64,000 bases of DNA from Paraphysomonas bandaiensis (taxonomy: Eukaryota; Protista; Chrysophyceae): the NCBI GenBank assembly GCA_965644295.1, contig CBFFRP010000035.1, forward strand, positions 124,001-188,000. Reading direction: 5' to 3'. The notes below the pieces were generated by a model that saw only the letters and a program-made list of their open reading frames with translations, was not told the DNA's origin and did no database searches. Of this stretch, positions 21,634 to 36,672 are shown piece by piece (position 1 is the stretch's first letter; each line of letters starts with the position of its first letter). The translations under genes and the position numbers were made by a program.

Positions 21634-24493
21634 CTACATCATATCTGCAAGAAGAGGTTGCACTCTATCAACAATACCACGCAAGGCGATGTTTCGTCGA
21701 TGATGATGTCGCAACGAGTCCAGTTTGTTTCTTATTTTCGAAAATGTAGCGTGAGACACATTACATTTTCGTAGCCGCTCTTCTCTAGATATATCTACTC
21801 CACCACCAGTGGCGGCTGCCATTCTAGTTTGTCTGACGAGCTCTCCAAAAGATTCACACAATGAGACTACACCTCGTAGGGCGGCAGAGACTAAGGCGCC
21901 ATTTCCACTATCTAAAGCAGTGTCCAATACAGGCAAGAGTTGTCCACAAACATCAAGAGTGACTACACTATTCTTCAGATCCACCATAGTCAAAAAATCA
22001 GACAGCACTACCAGCTGGCTGGTATCATGACTACCTGTCGACTGAATAGTCTTCATATGTTCAATAATAAATGTCATATCCCCTCTCTCCCAGTACTGTC
22101 GCAAGAGGCGAATATTCGTCAACCTTTGAGACAACACAGAAACGGCCAGATCGCTTTGCGATGTAAGCTTCTCTACAGTGTCATGCATACGATCTATATC
22201 CCTGTCAGTCACCTGCTGGGGAAGGTCAGATATCACATTCGACGCACGGGCCAAATCGTCCGAAAGACCTCGAGCAACAGGGGATTTTTCTCGCATCGGT
22301 ACATAATTATCGGACGCAGCGCGATGATGTGGCGGCTCTGCAGGCAGAGACTGGTGCCTTGCCTGATATCGATCGGACGCCACACGTCTGTGAGAATTAT
22401 CCGCAGATGGCCCAGAACTTGCATCAGATACACAGCGCTTCGCATCACCTGCTCGAGGACGGGATTCATGCTCATTTTCGCATGTTGGCGATGGAGTATT
22501 GGAAAGGTATTTGTGCTGTGGCGGGTTGCGTGCCTCTAGTTTGGCGTCCTGTTTAATATCTGCTTTTATGTTGTCCGCTTTCAAGTTATCTTTGTGACTT
22601 GGAGATACACCAGTACTGGGGCGTAGACCGACAACTGCAAGACCATATCCATCCTTACCAGAATCTCTGTTATCAAGCGGGACTACAGGAGCAGCACCTG
22701 CTCCACGTCCAACACGCCGATCCTGGCGTCTTGACGCCACTGCCTGCTCTCTATCTCTTGTCTGTGGTCGTCTTCCTTGTGGATACCTGCATAAACAGAT
22801 AACAATACATCACCACAGTAACATGACCACTTCGTTAAATTTTTTGTGTCATCGTATGGCATATAAAACTTCTAGTCAGCAACAAGGAATTAACAGCAGA
22901 GCTCACCTCGATACAGATGACGGAGGAAGACGATCATGTACCGACCACTCTTCTGATACTTTTCCATACGCTTCTTCATCCTTTAATCTCTGCAAAAACG
23001 ACTCCCCCATAGAGGTGGCCATATCAACTGCGCTCTTTCCTCCCTCCCAGTGAACCTCTGGAGCTCCGGCTGATTTACTTTCATGCTTCTCCGGTGATGA
23101 CTCGTAGGCCTGACGCACAGGAGGGACATACGGCTCATCATCGTCATTGTCATCTTCTATATCATGTAGCGGCATATGATCTGGTTTGGACCGCGCAGAT
23201 TGTGATTGGGGCTGACGGGGTGCATCCTTTTAGTAAAAATAAGCAATGTATCAATAGTACAACTATATCCTAATTTTTCTCCGATGCAAGAATTCGAGAT
23301 AAAAATTCACAACAGTATGGTGTAATTAACTCCAAAAACTAATACAGATATAATCTTAGTCCATAATACCTTTTGCGTATCATTTCCTTGAGCATAAGAC
23401 TTGTCTTCTGCCTCCTCCACAGATGCTGATTGCTCTTCGCACATCTCTGCCAAATCCACGCTCCAGAGAGAAACAAAGTTCGAAGTGAAAGTTCCTGCTA
23501 CCAATGTATCGCTTTCTGGGGCTACACGCATATCAGACACCTTTTCCCACCCAATCGATTGAGAATGTTGCAAAGTCACTGGGTCCCAGCTCCATATTCT
23601 CAAGGTGTCATTGTTGGCAGTGCAGAGTCGAGTCCCGGCGTCACTGAATGTGATAGAACGAACCTGTGTCGAATCTGGTGTGGTATGCCCGATCTCTTCC
23701 ATACTTTGAAGATCCCAAAACTTTACCTATATCATAGTTAGACGTCTGTAAACATCGTCAAATTGTACTAATTATAAAGCATCAACAATACAAGTACCGC
23801 AGGTGTAATGTACACTCACTGATCTAGATGAGGTGGCACCCGCCAATAAAAACTCTTCCGGGTTGAATTCAAATGCGGTCAGGTGGGCATTAGGGACCTT
23901 AATTGTGTTAACTAGCTTTCCTTGGGATGTGTAAAATTAACAACACAAAATGTAGTGGCAAACGTACCAGCAATTAGGTCCCACAACATCAATTGCCCAT
24001 CCTTTGCAGAGGATGCTACCCAACGACCATCAGGGCTAAATCTTGTGCATGTTATCTCTCTGTCGTGTCCAGAGTACGTTTGTACGCAAGTTTTATTTCT
24101 GACGTCCCATACCTTCATCGTGTTGTCATACGAACCAGACACAATAAATTCGCCATAAGGATGGTAATGAATTGACGTGATATTAACTTGGTGACCTCTC
24201 AAATTTCGTGCTAATTTTCCTTCATTGAGATCAAACACTTTGAGCGATCCGTTCATAGCTCCGCTGCATATGTACTGTTCCTCCGCATCGAAACAGAGAC
24301 ACTCTACTGGTGATTTGTTTTGCTTCAGACACCATATATTCGCAGCACTATCAACACGCCATATGTTGACTTTGAAGTCTTCTCCACCAGTAGCTAACAC
24401 TTGAGCGGAAAGAGGACCAAAAGTTAAGCAGTTAACTTGAGTGGAATGAGCCACATATTCATTTAATTTGAATCTATTTATATCGTCGTTCAT
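21634..24493 (-). CDS. KATNB1: Katanin p80 WD40 subunit B1, multi-exon
   Basis: N-terminal WD40s (EYVAHSTQVNCL...LATGGEDFKVNIW, RFSPDGRWVAS) and a C-terminal con80-like domain (VLSQRLTNIRLLRQYWERGD...GVDISREERLRKC). Confidence 0.93.
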
Positions 24494-25397
24494 TGTTACT
24501 ACTGCTGCTGCTGCTGCTGCCGATGATGATGATGAGAGGCACCAGGAATATCCGCCAATTACTATAAACGGTAGAGGGGAATTAAACAGCGCTCCTGTTG
24601 GATCAAGTGCTTAATGGGACTGCACAGCTATGCGCACTGAGTGTTACACAGGAACACATACAGACACACACGCATATAGTGCAGTGTATGTTCCGCCGTG
24701 TGTTATACAGTTGTGTATACGATGTATATACAGCAGTAGTATATCTATGCGCAGTTGTGCTATAGATCCACAGAGCACACGATGGACTCCAAAGCATGCA
24801 TCATCTTGACTGATTCTAGTTGCAGAAGACTTATAAGCCCCTCATTGAGTGCCCTCAGAACATATAGTCAAGGCATTGTGATACAAGACACGCCTCTTCT
24901 TGAGTCAGTATTTTCTTGTCTATTCGATGCTAAATTTATGTGAAATATGGTGATTGTTAGATTTGGGTTACACAGTTATGAATGTTCCTGTTATTCCCCT
25001 GCCCAGATTAGTTCATATTCTTCAGTCAGGAGAAATGTATTTTCATGAACAGATGAATGACTGAGAGGATACTTGACTGCGTGCAGTGTATGTGCTTGCT
25101 TGGGGACCCTGTATGGATACTCTCTCTGGAAGGGGTTCAGTACTGGACTGCATCGAAATTGGATATTTCACTGTAGCTAACCTCTTACAATGTAAACCTG
25201 AAAATTTCTTCGTAGCCCGAAATGTTGAATTCTAAGGAAGAATTATGATTATTAAACGAAACGCTACTTAGTAACACTTACTTCTATTCACACTTAGTAA
25301 CAACTTAGTAACACTATATAGTATATACATACATAAACTATATAGCTATAAATATACTAGATACATGCATTATCTTTTTTCTTTCACATCACACATG

Positions 25398-25527
25398 GGA
25401 TATTGGAGTTATACCAGTTAGTTTATGGTAGTTACTTGTTACTTATCTAGGAGCTTTGACTAGTCTGTTCATCTAGCTACTAAGCTGATACTGACTCTTA
25501 AACGCCTATTACTAATAAACAGACATT
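25398..25527 (+). mobile_element. 5'-truncated fragment (3' end) of the ribozyme-headed retroposon
   Basis: ggatattggagtt...atctagctactaagctgatactgactcttaaacgcctattactaataaacagac matches the 3' ends at ~5539-5624, 37850-37923 and 38467-38522. Confidence 0.7.
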
Positions 25528-25726
25528 TTATATACTTCTTCGTATGTAGTTTATGAATATTATGTAATTATCGCGTTAATATTAACTTCATTAATAATAC
25601 TGTATAACATACCTTACAGCAGAACTCAACAAACTGGGCGAATATATAAGCATAGAATATTATTATATATGGTGTATCACCATATTTATATTATTTTTGA
25701 CCTATTAGTCTTACAGAATTAGAAAG

Positions 25727-28232
25727 CTATTTATTTTGTTGGGATCTTCTTTTTAAATTCGTTCTACTGCCACTATTCTTTCCCGATCCTTCTCCAAAAC
25801 TCTCACTGCACAAGTACGGCGTACAAACAGCACTGGGTCCCGTATACAGCAGTGACGTTGGTAGTTGCATATTGCCTCGTATTAAGTGCAATTTCGTTGA
25901 AACACCTGATTGTTGACTATCACTGTATAATTCTTGCTCAGATAGCGGCGTAATTAAGTGAACGCAGCTATTCAATAAATCTACATCACTCACAATCCCC
26001 AATGCTGCACACGGGATTGGAACATCACTATCCATGAGAAAGTCCAAACTGTATCGATCGAATATGGGTTCCCCCAATGATGGTCCTGTACTTTGGGAAG
26101 CAGAAGAATCACGAGAAATCTTCAGTTTCACTGTGGAGCACGTCGAATCATGAAGTGAGGTATCGTAATCATGGAGCATACTACTGGGTGTCACTCCCAC
26201 TAAGGCAGCATTGAAAGCTGCCAATAGCAGCCTTGGCGACACCATGGTTCCTATGGTATGCAAACACAACCGTTTTATAGGTTGTGAAAATTCAAGGCTA
26301 TGCATCAAGGCCGAAGCAACTGCTCCCTCAGGGTCGGTTAGAGCACCACTTTTTATCCATACACTGAGGGGCTCAGATGTCACATTTAGTTCCGGACTCT
26401 GCCTCAAGAAATATGACATCAACCTGACAAATTTATGAAAAATTCATCACACTGGGAAATGCAGGTACGTATTAATCACTTCTACGATGCACATACATTA
26501 ATACATACACAATTTTCAATAGAAAATCACTCAACACACGATTTGGCTTAATATTACCTTAAATCTCTGAGGTCCTGGGCAGCAATTCTACTGGCAGTGG
26601 CTCTTCCAGGGGTCAACTTAGATACCGTTACATTATTTTCGATACATCCTTTCTCATGTGCAACCGCATTCTGCTGTTGTAGCTTTTCAATGGCTGGAAG
26701 CGTTCGATCTTTGTTCGTGCTGATGTGCAGTACATGTGTAGGTGACACAATATCTGTAACAGACAGGAGAATATCACTACCCATGCCACGAATCCACCCA
26801 TCAGTGTTTACAACTAATGGGAGAGAAAACCTTTCATAGGGAGTATCGTCAAGTGCTCCAAACCCACCAGAGGTGGATTGCCCTCCCGCTGCCTCCACAC
26901 GGCCAGAGCAACTGTATCCATCCCGAAGACTAATGTACTTGTCATACAACTTCCTGACGCATGCCTCGAACAAATGGGGAAACCTTTTCGTCGTGTTGTC
27001 TCCCAGGTAAAACGATAGCTCTGGTGTCCGCAAATGCAAATGAGGTGGCGATAACAAAGGTTCCGATATGATATGAAGAGACACCAATCCAGACGGAGTC
27101 AACTCCGGCTGTCCAATATCGCAGTCAATAACTGCAACGACAGGGGTTTTGGACAGCAATCGATTGATGGAATACCGAAGACATGTGGACCTGAAAGTAA
27201 TACATATTTTAGCATATACGTATTAAGCACAGATTAAACCAGCTCATTCGATAAACACTAGCGGAGAAAATATACTCAGGTTAGCACTGTCATACACAAT
27301 AGGAAGCACAAAAACACTCCACGTCGAACTTACTTTCCAACACCCTTGGCTCCGCACACCATAGTGCGAGGACAAATTTTGATGTTCTTGCACACCGTAT
27401 CCACACCATCAACCCAGTCTGGAGGAAGTATTGTGTACTCCAACCCACTTTGGACTATGGATGCAGTATCACCCACCACTGCGGATGAGAGATGTATTAT
27501 CGCACCACACTGAGTAGACGAAGAAGTGGAATCAGATTTAAGTTCATCCTTGGACACGGTGTATTTGGAGTAATCTTCACAGCGTATCAACCAGTCCATG
27601 GTAGATGTATTGAAAGCCGAGACTTGTAGCACTGTCATGGAACTATCAATGCAACTCAGTAAACTAGCCTTACAGGATTCCAAATGGCGATGCTTCGATA
27701 ACAACTGTGAAATAAAGGTCTGTTGTCGTACAGAAGAATCAGAATTGCGAGTGTCCATAAACATACGACATGCTGGGGTCCAAGAAGGACACATGATTTC
27801 GACTGCTTCACTTGACTTTAACTTATATCCGTTAATATTGGCTTTACCGTATAGCAACATAACTTCACACATACCCGAAATATATAGTGAACGACTGGAA
27901 TCAGAAAATATTAACACCGAAGTAGGCGCATTAGAAGTTCCACGAGTAACAATATAATTAATGGCACTTTTATCCGTCAAGTCTGGTGTCGGCACAACAA
28001 TTGGCCCATCCCCACTCACTGCTGCCTCTTCCCCTGGTTCAGATATCCCGCAATCAATGGACGATACGCCGTCTTCTGTATCAGACTGTGAGACCTCTGG
28101 TTCTTGCACTTCAGGTGCTCTTTTACTTGACGAATCTATCATAGTTTCTATTATAGACGGCGCATACGGAAACCCGAATGACTTTTTCGATGTGGTGTCC
28201 TCGCCTTTAGTGCGCTTCCTCTTACGGGCCAT
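25727..28232 (-). CDS. NOL9: Polynucleotide 5'-hydroxyl kinase NOL9/Grc3 (Clp1 family), multi-exon
   Basis: P-loop CGAKGVGK|ST split by an intron; DCDIGQPELTPSG; VVNTDGW; CAALGIVSDVD; basic NLS at the start. Confidence 0.88.
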
Positions 28233-28800
28233 ACTGCACAACTGACTGGTGGAGGTACTTACTTGTTCTGAACAAAGAGTGAGAATGCTAGAGTAGTGCA
28301 GTTAACCCGAGCTCTCCACCGCACACAGCTATACGTTTATCTGTGCAGTACAGCTAACTCCACCACCTGATGACTATGATAACAAACACAGTCCTCTTCA
28401 CAGGACGGCAATACGTACACCAGAGAATACTGTCGCCCACATCATCTACAGCCTGCAACATAGTGTAAGAAAATAGGTCAAACGGGACGCATGTCATACT
28501 TTCAGTGTGACGATTGAAGATATAGAGCACTGTCTAATGTATGCAAATGCCAGACACTTCGTCTTTTTGTCCAGACAATGCGTGTTTTTTTTTGCCTGTC
28601 TTGAGCTTCATTTGAATATCTGGATTTGAATTTGCTTCGTCTCACTTAAGAGGCAGTCACTATATATCAAGATCGTGACGAGCGTGTGGGTGATTTTCCC
28701 CACCTTTACGCGTATTAAATCCGCCCTAATTATTTATATTGCTGATATTTTTGCATCCAGTTCCCTGGACTTATATATATATATAGATAGATCTTGATCC

Positions 28801-31800
28801 ATGGCAACTGAAGGAAGTGAAGCTGTAGCCACTAGTGTAGATGATGAGGTGAATAAAATTAGCTCATAAAATAAAGTTGATTTTATAGCGTATAGGAACA
28901 AGTGTGTGACATTTGTTTGGATGGCACTGTATATGAAGACAACGAGATCTTGATATGCGAAAAGTGCAACGTCGCCGTGCACCAGTCTTGCTATAGCGTC
29001 GATGTCATTCCTGATGATGAATGGTTAGATGATATGGGTGTTATATTACTTGTATAAGAGTGTGTTGTATTAAGGTTTTGTGAGGTCTGTAGAGCCGGTG
29101 AGGATCCGAAAGAAACTCAATGCGAGATATGTCTCCACAAAACTGGCGCGTTCAAGCGTACTGAACAGAACGACAAGTGGGCACACTGCTTATGTGCACT
29201 CTGGGTGCCGGAGGTGTACTGCGATATTTCGAAGGGTGGTGTCTATAATACTTCTATGATCGACAAAGCGCGGTACAAAATCAGCTGCAAGCTATGTTCT
29301 AATAAGGGTGCTATTATCCAATGCTGCCACGGACGGTGTTGTGTGGGGGCGCACCCGTGGTGCGCAATACGTCACAAGAATGGATTCACTCATCGAGTGG
29401 TAAAGGATCCTCAGAACCCAAATGATCTTGTGTGGGAAGTCTTCTGTGCTCAACACGCTTCGTCCGTTTATGCTCCAGTTAAACCGAAGGTAAGGCCTGG
29501 CGGCAAATGAAAGTCTCAGTATTTTATTTCGTGGCTGCGGGCCGCAAGTGGCGCACACTTGAGTAGCCGCGCAATGTGTTTCTACCATGGTTGACTACTG
29601 GTAGTATGTGATATCAGTTTTGTTTTTTGCTTCAATGGCGATGTCGTTTCAATGTTAAAAAGTATTGTTATTGTAGACTGAGGCTCAGTATTGAAAAAAT
29701 TGAAAGTTGGTGACGTTTGCTTATACAGGTTAAAGCCAAACGATCCTCAATGCCTGGAAATGCTGCCAGTACACCATCAGATATATGTGACAGTGTTTCA
29801 AGGTCGAAGAAAGGGGGCAAAACTTCTAAGAACCGTTGTAAAAGCAATCCTTCGAAACGACGAGGCAGACCCCCCAAAGCGCCTAAATTAGCTATACGAG
29901 ATTTTAGTGACGACGAAGCTGATATGGAATTTTCAGATGATGAGTGGGCCACGAATTCGCAAAGTTCTACAAGGAAGCGAAGGAAAAGTTCGAAACGAGG
30001 AAGTGGAGTGCGAAGGCGCATAGGACGAGCAAGCGCATTTCCAGGCGATAGCAGTGATGACGAAGCTGCTGAAGATGAAGAAGACGGCGATGTAAGTCAA
30101 TGGACAGAACTGTAGTATTCAGCATGTGCTGTGTTTAACGATAGTCATATTGTAATGGATGCATGGTAACACGGTAATGTGTACATCTAGGTGGAGACGA
30201 ACGGCGGTCTTGAGGGGTATGCTGTCTGCACTGTGTCCGAGTGGCCAGGAAAAGCCGAGTCAGAACCTATGGATCTTCCCCACTTTTGGGATGTGGCAGC
30301 CATGAGTTTTCCAGAAGATCATGACAATGAGGTGTGTGGTAAACTTATATCTGCCATACCACACCGTGCTGCAGAACAATGAACTGCGTGCCTGCGACGA
30401 TCGTGTAGATTTCTATGTAACAATCTGTATTGGTCCTGGTTTAATTTATTTTACAGTGGGTGGAGTTCATGGCGTCCAGACTTCTTTTGAACCCAGCCAA
30501 CCCCTTTTACGATGACTATGCCACCTACAAACCTCCGCCTCTTGGGTGTCTGAAGGACACTATCGAGGTACGAGTAATTGATGTGGTACTCGTTCGTGTG
30601 ATAGCATGTCATCACAGAAATTAATTCGTGGGGATAGTGACGTTTTGTCATCTATACTATCTGACCGCGATTTTGTCGCCCTGATGGATCCTGACAAGCG
30701 CAATGAATTTGAAAGCAAAATACGTAAGCTCATCAAAGATATCAACAAAATCCCTACTGTTCGACAGGAGCAGAAACGTACATTCGAAGACAGTACATAT
30801 GTGGATGCGATACGCAGTTCTTCTCCAGTGGACCCATATCCAGGCGATGGTATCAGTCATACTGCTGAGGTCAAAGAAAAAGAGGGACCGCTGACACCAG
30901 GAAGGAGGCGCACTAGCTCACTAGTCGACGACGGGCAGTGCTTTGACATAGGTGCAATCGCTTACCTGACACAGCTGGAGTTTCCTTTTGACGGATTCGA
31001 CGAGTCAGGTTTGTTCGAAATAATTTGACTAGAGTAAATTGGCGATGTGATGTGATACTATATTTATTATATTGCACCTCTCTAATTTATATCCGATACA
31101 GATGAAAGCAAACCGTCGAATATCCGGGTTGTATTTAATGGTCCAGAACGCAAGAGCTGTATATTCTCTATTCGACAACGTAATAGTATTCTATCGAGCG
31201 CAAGTAGTAGTTCTACTTCTGATGAAGCACAGTGGCGAAGAGCTGTTTACGGTCTTGATCGTTGTAGTGAAGCGGATACTAGAACTGAAGCTGACGGGAA
31301 TCAGTGTGAAAGTAAAGGGTACAATCTTGGACCAAGAGCCATTCGAAGGCTGTTTACGTCGTATGGTGTGGTGGGTCCTCACACTGCAGTGAATGAGGGA
31401 TGCGTCAGTGATGAAACTCTTGCAAGCACTGAAATAAAACTTGATAGTGTACAACCTTACAGCTCATCTAACGAGGTGATTTTGGGAGATAGAGAACTGA
31501 TTCCATTGAGCGAGGAAAATGATGAAATTTGTGACCTAATTCGCCACGACCTGGCGGTGTTTAGAGATCTTACGAAGTCAATGACTGAAACTGTAGAACG
31601 ATTACTGCAGTCGGATGCAATGACTGCTGCTCGACAAGCTATCACTCGAAGGAAACAACAGGAAATAGAAAACGAGACCATTCTGGCGGCTTATGCTAAT
31701 CAGCGAGTATGGGCCAGTGTGTGTCGAGGGTTAATGAGAGGAGTCAGAGATCAGACGAAAGACTTTAATAAACAGCAACTGGATGTTCTTCCTGCATCGT

Positions 31801-34800
31801 GGACGATAAAAGTGGAAGGCCGACCAACAGAAGAACAATTAGAAGTCTCCAAAGAAGATATTAGTCACATGGACACCGTATGTATGTGTTGCTTTGATGG
31901 CACCAGTTCTGATGAGACGAATAAAATTATATTTTGTGACGGATGTAATGCAGCCATGCATCAGATGTGCTATGGTATTCCTGTTGTTCCGGAGGGAGAT
32001 TTCTTTTGTGATCGTTGTCAACATATCATCTACATCTCTCAGGAACCGGACTTTTATTATGACAATGAAGATCTCAAGGACGTGGTGAAATGTTGTTTAT
32101 GTCCGTTATACCATGGCGCCCTGAAGCGCACAACAGACGGTCGGTGGGTGCACTTGTCCTGCGCCATTTGGTCTGGGGGAGCAGATATATGCGATCTTCA
32201 AAGCATGAGCCCAATAGATATCAGTCGTGTGCCTATTTCTGTTCCATCCTCCCCACAAACGCTCAGTGAACGTCCCTTAGGAGGTGATCGAACTGCCAGC
32301 ACTCCGTTACACACACACCCCTTATCCGACACCAGTGTATCATCACAAACGCCATCGTCATGCCCGACGAGTGGACCCGCTGATGTCGCAACTAGTTCAA
32401 ACCCAAGTATTGCTCTCAATGTAGATTCGACCATACCACCCGAACTGGGGATGAATGCTGTTGGTGATGCATGTATTGCCCGTGGTCCGGAACCTCCTTC
32501 CCAGGAATCGAATGTCTCTGGTGGCACTACAAATCCTGTAGCGTCCCTGCCTGTTATTCCGGAGGCTTTGTCTCATGGGTGCACTATATGCGGTAAGCGC
32601 AGCGGCTTTATGACTGGATGTGTCAGTGAAGACTGTGGCAAACGGTTTCACCCGATCTGTGCCTGGTTTGCAGGGCTGTACATTGCAACGGAAATAAACG
32701 ACCCGACTTTTCTCGGTCAATCAAAAGCTGGAAGTATGTACAAATACCCATCTGGTGTAGCCTTCACGTTTCACTGTCCGTCCCACACTCCCGCTATTGC
32801 CTCTCGCCCTCGGGATGTGCAGAGGGATCTGCGACGAGTATATATGATAAATGAACTGGACTTGTGTTGCATTCCTGGTCGCGCTCCGAAGCGCAGGAGA
32901 CAGAAAAAGAAAAGCCTGAATGCTACAAGCGGTACGAAGCGACTAGCTGGAGGAACGAAGCCCAAAGATTTGAAACCAGATCGGTATGATTCGGAAATAT
33001 GTGCAATATGTTTGGGACCATCTCGAAAGATATTTTCACACTCACCTGCTCAGCGTGTAGGACGCCGAATGAAAGGCCGAGATGAAGCTCTCGGCAAACA
33101 AGATGCACACGCATGGGTGGTACACTGCATCGACTGTGGTCTGACCGTTCATAGGAGATGTCTAGTTCCAGATGCTCCCGCTCCGACATGTGTGATAACA
33201 ATGCCGAATGTGTTAAATTCGTTGAGCATTTCCGATAATCCGCAAACATCTTTGTCTAAACCACCTAGAAATTTACGTACTGGGCAGTCACCATTGCTTA
33301 CTGACGTACATGATGACCCAGTTAATCCAGATGTGCAACATGTTTCACAGCAGCAGACAAGTTCAAGCCGTCCGAGTATTAAAGAAAGTCCTGTATTAGA
33401 TTTATTGACTGGGTATGGAGATAGTGCCGATACTGGGGGTGAGGGTAGCTTTATTGAATCGAAGGATTCTAAGCACATGGATGACAGTAGCCCTGTACCA
33501 TCTGGAACTTGTACTCCGAGCATACAGAAAGATACTTCCATGAGAAATGGATGCGATAAAAGTGTTACGTCTGATGTACAAGGCAGCGAGAATGTCACTA
33601 GTAAGTTCATTTCCAGTGTCACGACGAATTCAGAAATTGACTATAGCTCGTGGAAGTGTGCGCAATGTGTTCACAAAGCTGCTACAACTGGCCAGGTTTC
33701 TGATGAAGGTGAGCCAATATCTGCACCAGAGCTGCGCTGTGTCGCTTGCCCTCGTCGCGGGGGTATGTTTGTGCAGCATGATGGAAAGTGGTTTCATAAT
33801 TTCTGCGCTGCCCACAAACCTATTCGAAGCGGTGACAAGAATCAACATGCCAAGGACGGGAAAAAACAGAACTGTTCGTACTGTAATCGCAAAACTGGCC
33901 TTTCTGTAAGGTGCTCTCATCCTGAACCATGCGGGCAGCATTTCCACCCCATATGTGCCGCTCGTGCAGGGGACTCTTTCATGCGAATCAGGAACGGAGT
34001 AGTTGAGCAGTTCTGCTCTAGTCACACTCCTGTTGGCGTGTGTCGTCTTCCCAATGGATATTGGGTGGACACAGAAGAGGTTGCACGTCTGAGACGTTCT
34101 CTCGATAACGCTTTGATTATACTGGACCTTGTGCGAAAGCGCGAAAAATCGAAAAAACAGTATTACAAGACGCGAGGGGAGGTTTTTGCTCGTTGTATAG
34201 AAGATGCACTCCGCCAACTGAAAAGCTCTCGTGGACTTCTGACAGAGCAAGAATTAGCACATTCTGATGTTGAGGCTGTAACTGTGGATGACGTACTAAC
34301 AGATATATATAGTGATAATGAACAAAATACGACGGATAGTCCGGCAGGGTTTAGGAGAGATTATGGGCGTCATCAAAAACCACTTTCTACTTCACATATA
34401 TCGGAAGGTGGCGACGAGCTAGTGCCACACCCCTCTAAACGCAAGCGCCCAGAAAACTATTCTGGGAAAGAAGGCCTCAAGCTTTACAAAGACGACTTTG
34501 AAGAAGACAACTTTGAACCCGAAATTATACCTGCCAAGAAGCGACGTGGGTCGGCCGATATATCTATGAACGAAGCTCCAATAGCAAATAGTTCTAAGCA
34601 TCATGTTACTGATACTGTCCCGATGACTGTGCGTGTCGAATTGAGTGGCCAAGAGCGTAGCTACGCTCACTGCTACAAGCAAGGGGGATATGGAGAGTAT
34701 TCAAGAAAGTTTCGGGAGGACATGCTGAAAACTGTTGATGAGACTCGTGAATCCATAGGTATTTTTGGCAGCCAGCGCGGATTTGTGGACTTTGAAAGAA

Positions 34801-36672
34801 AAATAGGTGCACATGTAGACAAGTATTTGGGGATGACTATAGGAGAAATATCATCCGCGTTGGAACCAGAAACTGATTCAAAAAGTCGAGAAGAACCAAT
34901 ATGCGAGACAGTGACTAGTGGTGGGAGGAGAAGGAGTTCTATCGACGAATTGACGACAGAATGCCAGCAGGAAGTGAAGCCAGAATCTGTGGAGAAAAAA
35001 AGAAAGCGATCACCAAATGAAGATACTTTATCGGTGAAAGTAAGTATGGGGCAAACCACAGAGGAGGGATCTTCAAGGCGTAAGAGTAAGGTCAATAAGC
35101 CTCCCGTGCCCGAATTAGCTGTCAATGTTCCTTTATTGCCTCATGTTGACTTCACACTTGTGGATAACATTGAACGAAAGTTTGCGAACACTAAATCCGA
35201 CTTTGAGAAAGAAGTGCGTAGTCTAGTACCGCAGTTATTGCCTTCCCAAAGCGAATCCGTAGACTGGGCCATTGTAAGTACTACTCCCGATGACGGATCC
35301 TCACAGAATTTAATACGACTCGAACGGATGCTGTCGACTATTCTTGCCATCCTTTCTAATGTATCTATTCCCTGCACTGGCGTGTATGGAAACATCAGCA
35401 AGCCAGGCTCATCCGATGATTGTATTGACGCTCTGATAGCTCGGCTGTCCGCTAATGAGAGCATATCGGATCGGTGGTGGGAAGTTCTAGAGTCGTCCAC
35501 GCAGCCGAGAAGTGTCCCTGTTAAGCGCACAAGAAGGCAATCTGCAAGAAAATCGAAATCGTTAAGTGGATATGGTACATCAAGTACTGAAGGCGAGGGC
35601 ACCTCTATTCCTAGGTCTGAAATAGAGGAGAAAGACAGTGGTGGAGTAGTAGAGGAAGATGAGAGAAAGTTATCTGAAGATTTTAATGAAATTCCCTATG
35701 ATGCCCTCCCAGATTACGATACACTGGTGATACATCCTATATGCTTGGATACTATGAAGAGCAAATTACAATCGCATTCTTATCGTTCGTTTTCTCAATT
35801 TGCTAAAGATTTTTATGAAATGCTCAGCAATGGTCGACAGATTACGGTTGATGGGTCAAAGGTGATTACTCGCATTGTAATTTTTGCATATTGTAGCCAA
35901 TATTATTTATTGCAACATGGTGAACCTGTGGCGATACGCACTATGTTATTTGCATTTAAACTTATTTTTACAGACATGGTGGGACACTCAGGTGCTAAGT
36001 GGTCTTTTTGCATACCTCCGCCAGTTGGGGTTGGAATCTACACCCGGAAATTGTCTGCTAAGACCTCACACTGATGGTGGAATATCGTATGCTAAGTGTA
36101 TCGGCGAAAGCTCCACCAATGCCGCAACTGTTCGAGGGTGTACTTTGTGCGAACAAAAGGTGATTTCTGTTATATACATATTTCACGACCATGTATACGT
36201 ACCCATGATGTCATTGTCTTTAAAGTTGTGTGTGTCATATGAATACATAGTTATAGTTTTCGACATACCTGGCAACCTCACGCGTTAATGTTCAATGATA
36301 TAGTGGAATGTTTCCGGAAATTTCTGTCGAACCGCCGTTTCTACTACAACTCCACGATCTAGTGGTCGCACAGCGTCGAAGTCTTCAAGTGGTTTGTGGA
36401 AGTGGGTGTGTACTGAGTGTATCAACACTATTCATACACATATATTGGGTATGGCGGTTAAGATATACTGGCCTGATGATGCCAAGTACTATGATGGGTG
36501 GATAGAAGCCTACGATGAGGTGTCTACTGAGCATCGGGTAAATTATTCTGATGGGGAATGGGAGTTTTTGCAGCTTCAAAGGGAAGATATTCTGTTTCGC
36601 ATGGACGGTGATGATTATTTGAAGTTATTTAAAGTTATAAGCGTGAGTCAGAAGTCTAAAGGGAAGAAATAA
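28801..36672 (+). CDS. Large PHD/ePHD (PZP) chromatin protein, BRPF/JADE-like, with a bromodomain-like region and a C-terminal Tudor-like domain; multi-exon
   Basis: CMCCFDGTSSDETNKIIFCDGCNAAMHQMCYG followed by CCLCP..GALKRTTDGRWVHLSCA; similar modules near 28880-29460 and 33000-34030; PDYDTLVIHPICLDTMKSKL..Y; VKIYWPDDAKYYDGWI. Confidence 0.85.

Noticed and set aside
25055-25230. Faint resemblance to an ankyrin-repeat remnant
   Set aside because: Requires frameshifts, and only a few residues match.
35862-36074. C-terminal tail of the 1568-aa ORF
   Set aside because: Read-through into an intron; the gene continues in other frames to 36672.
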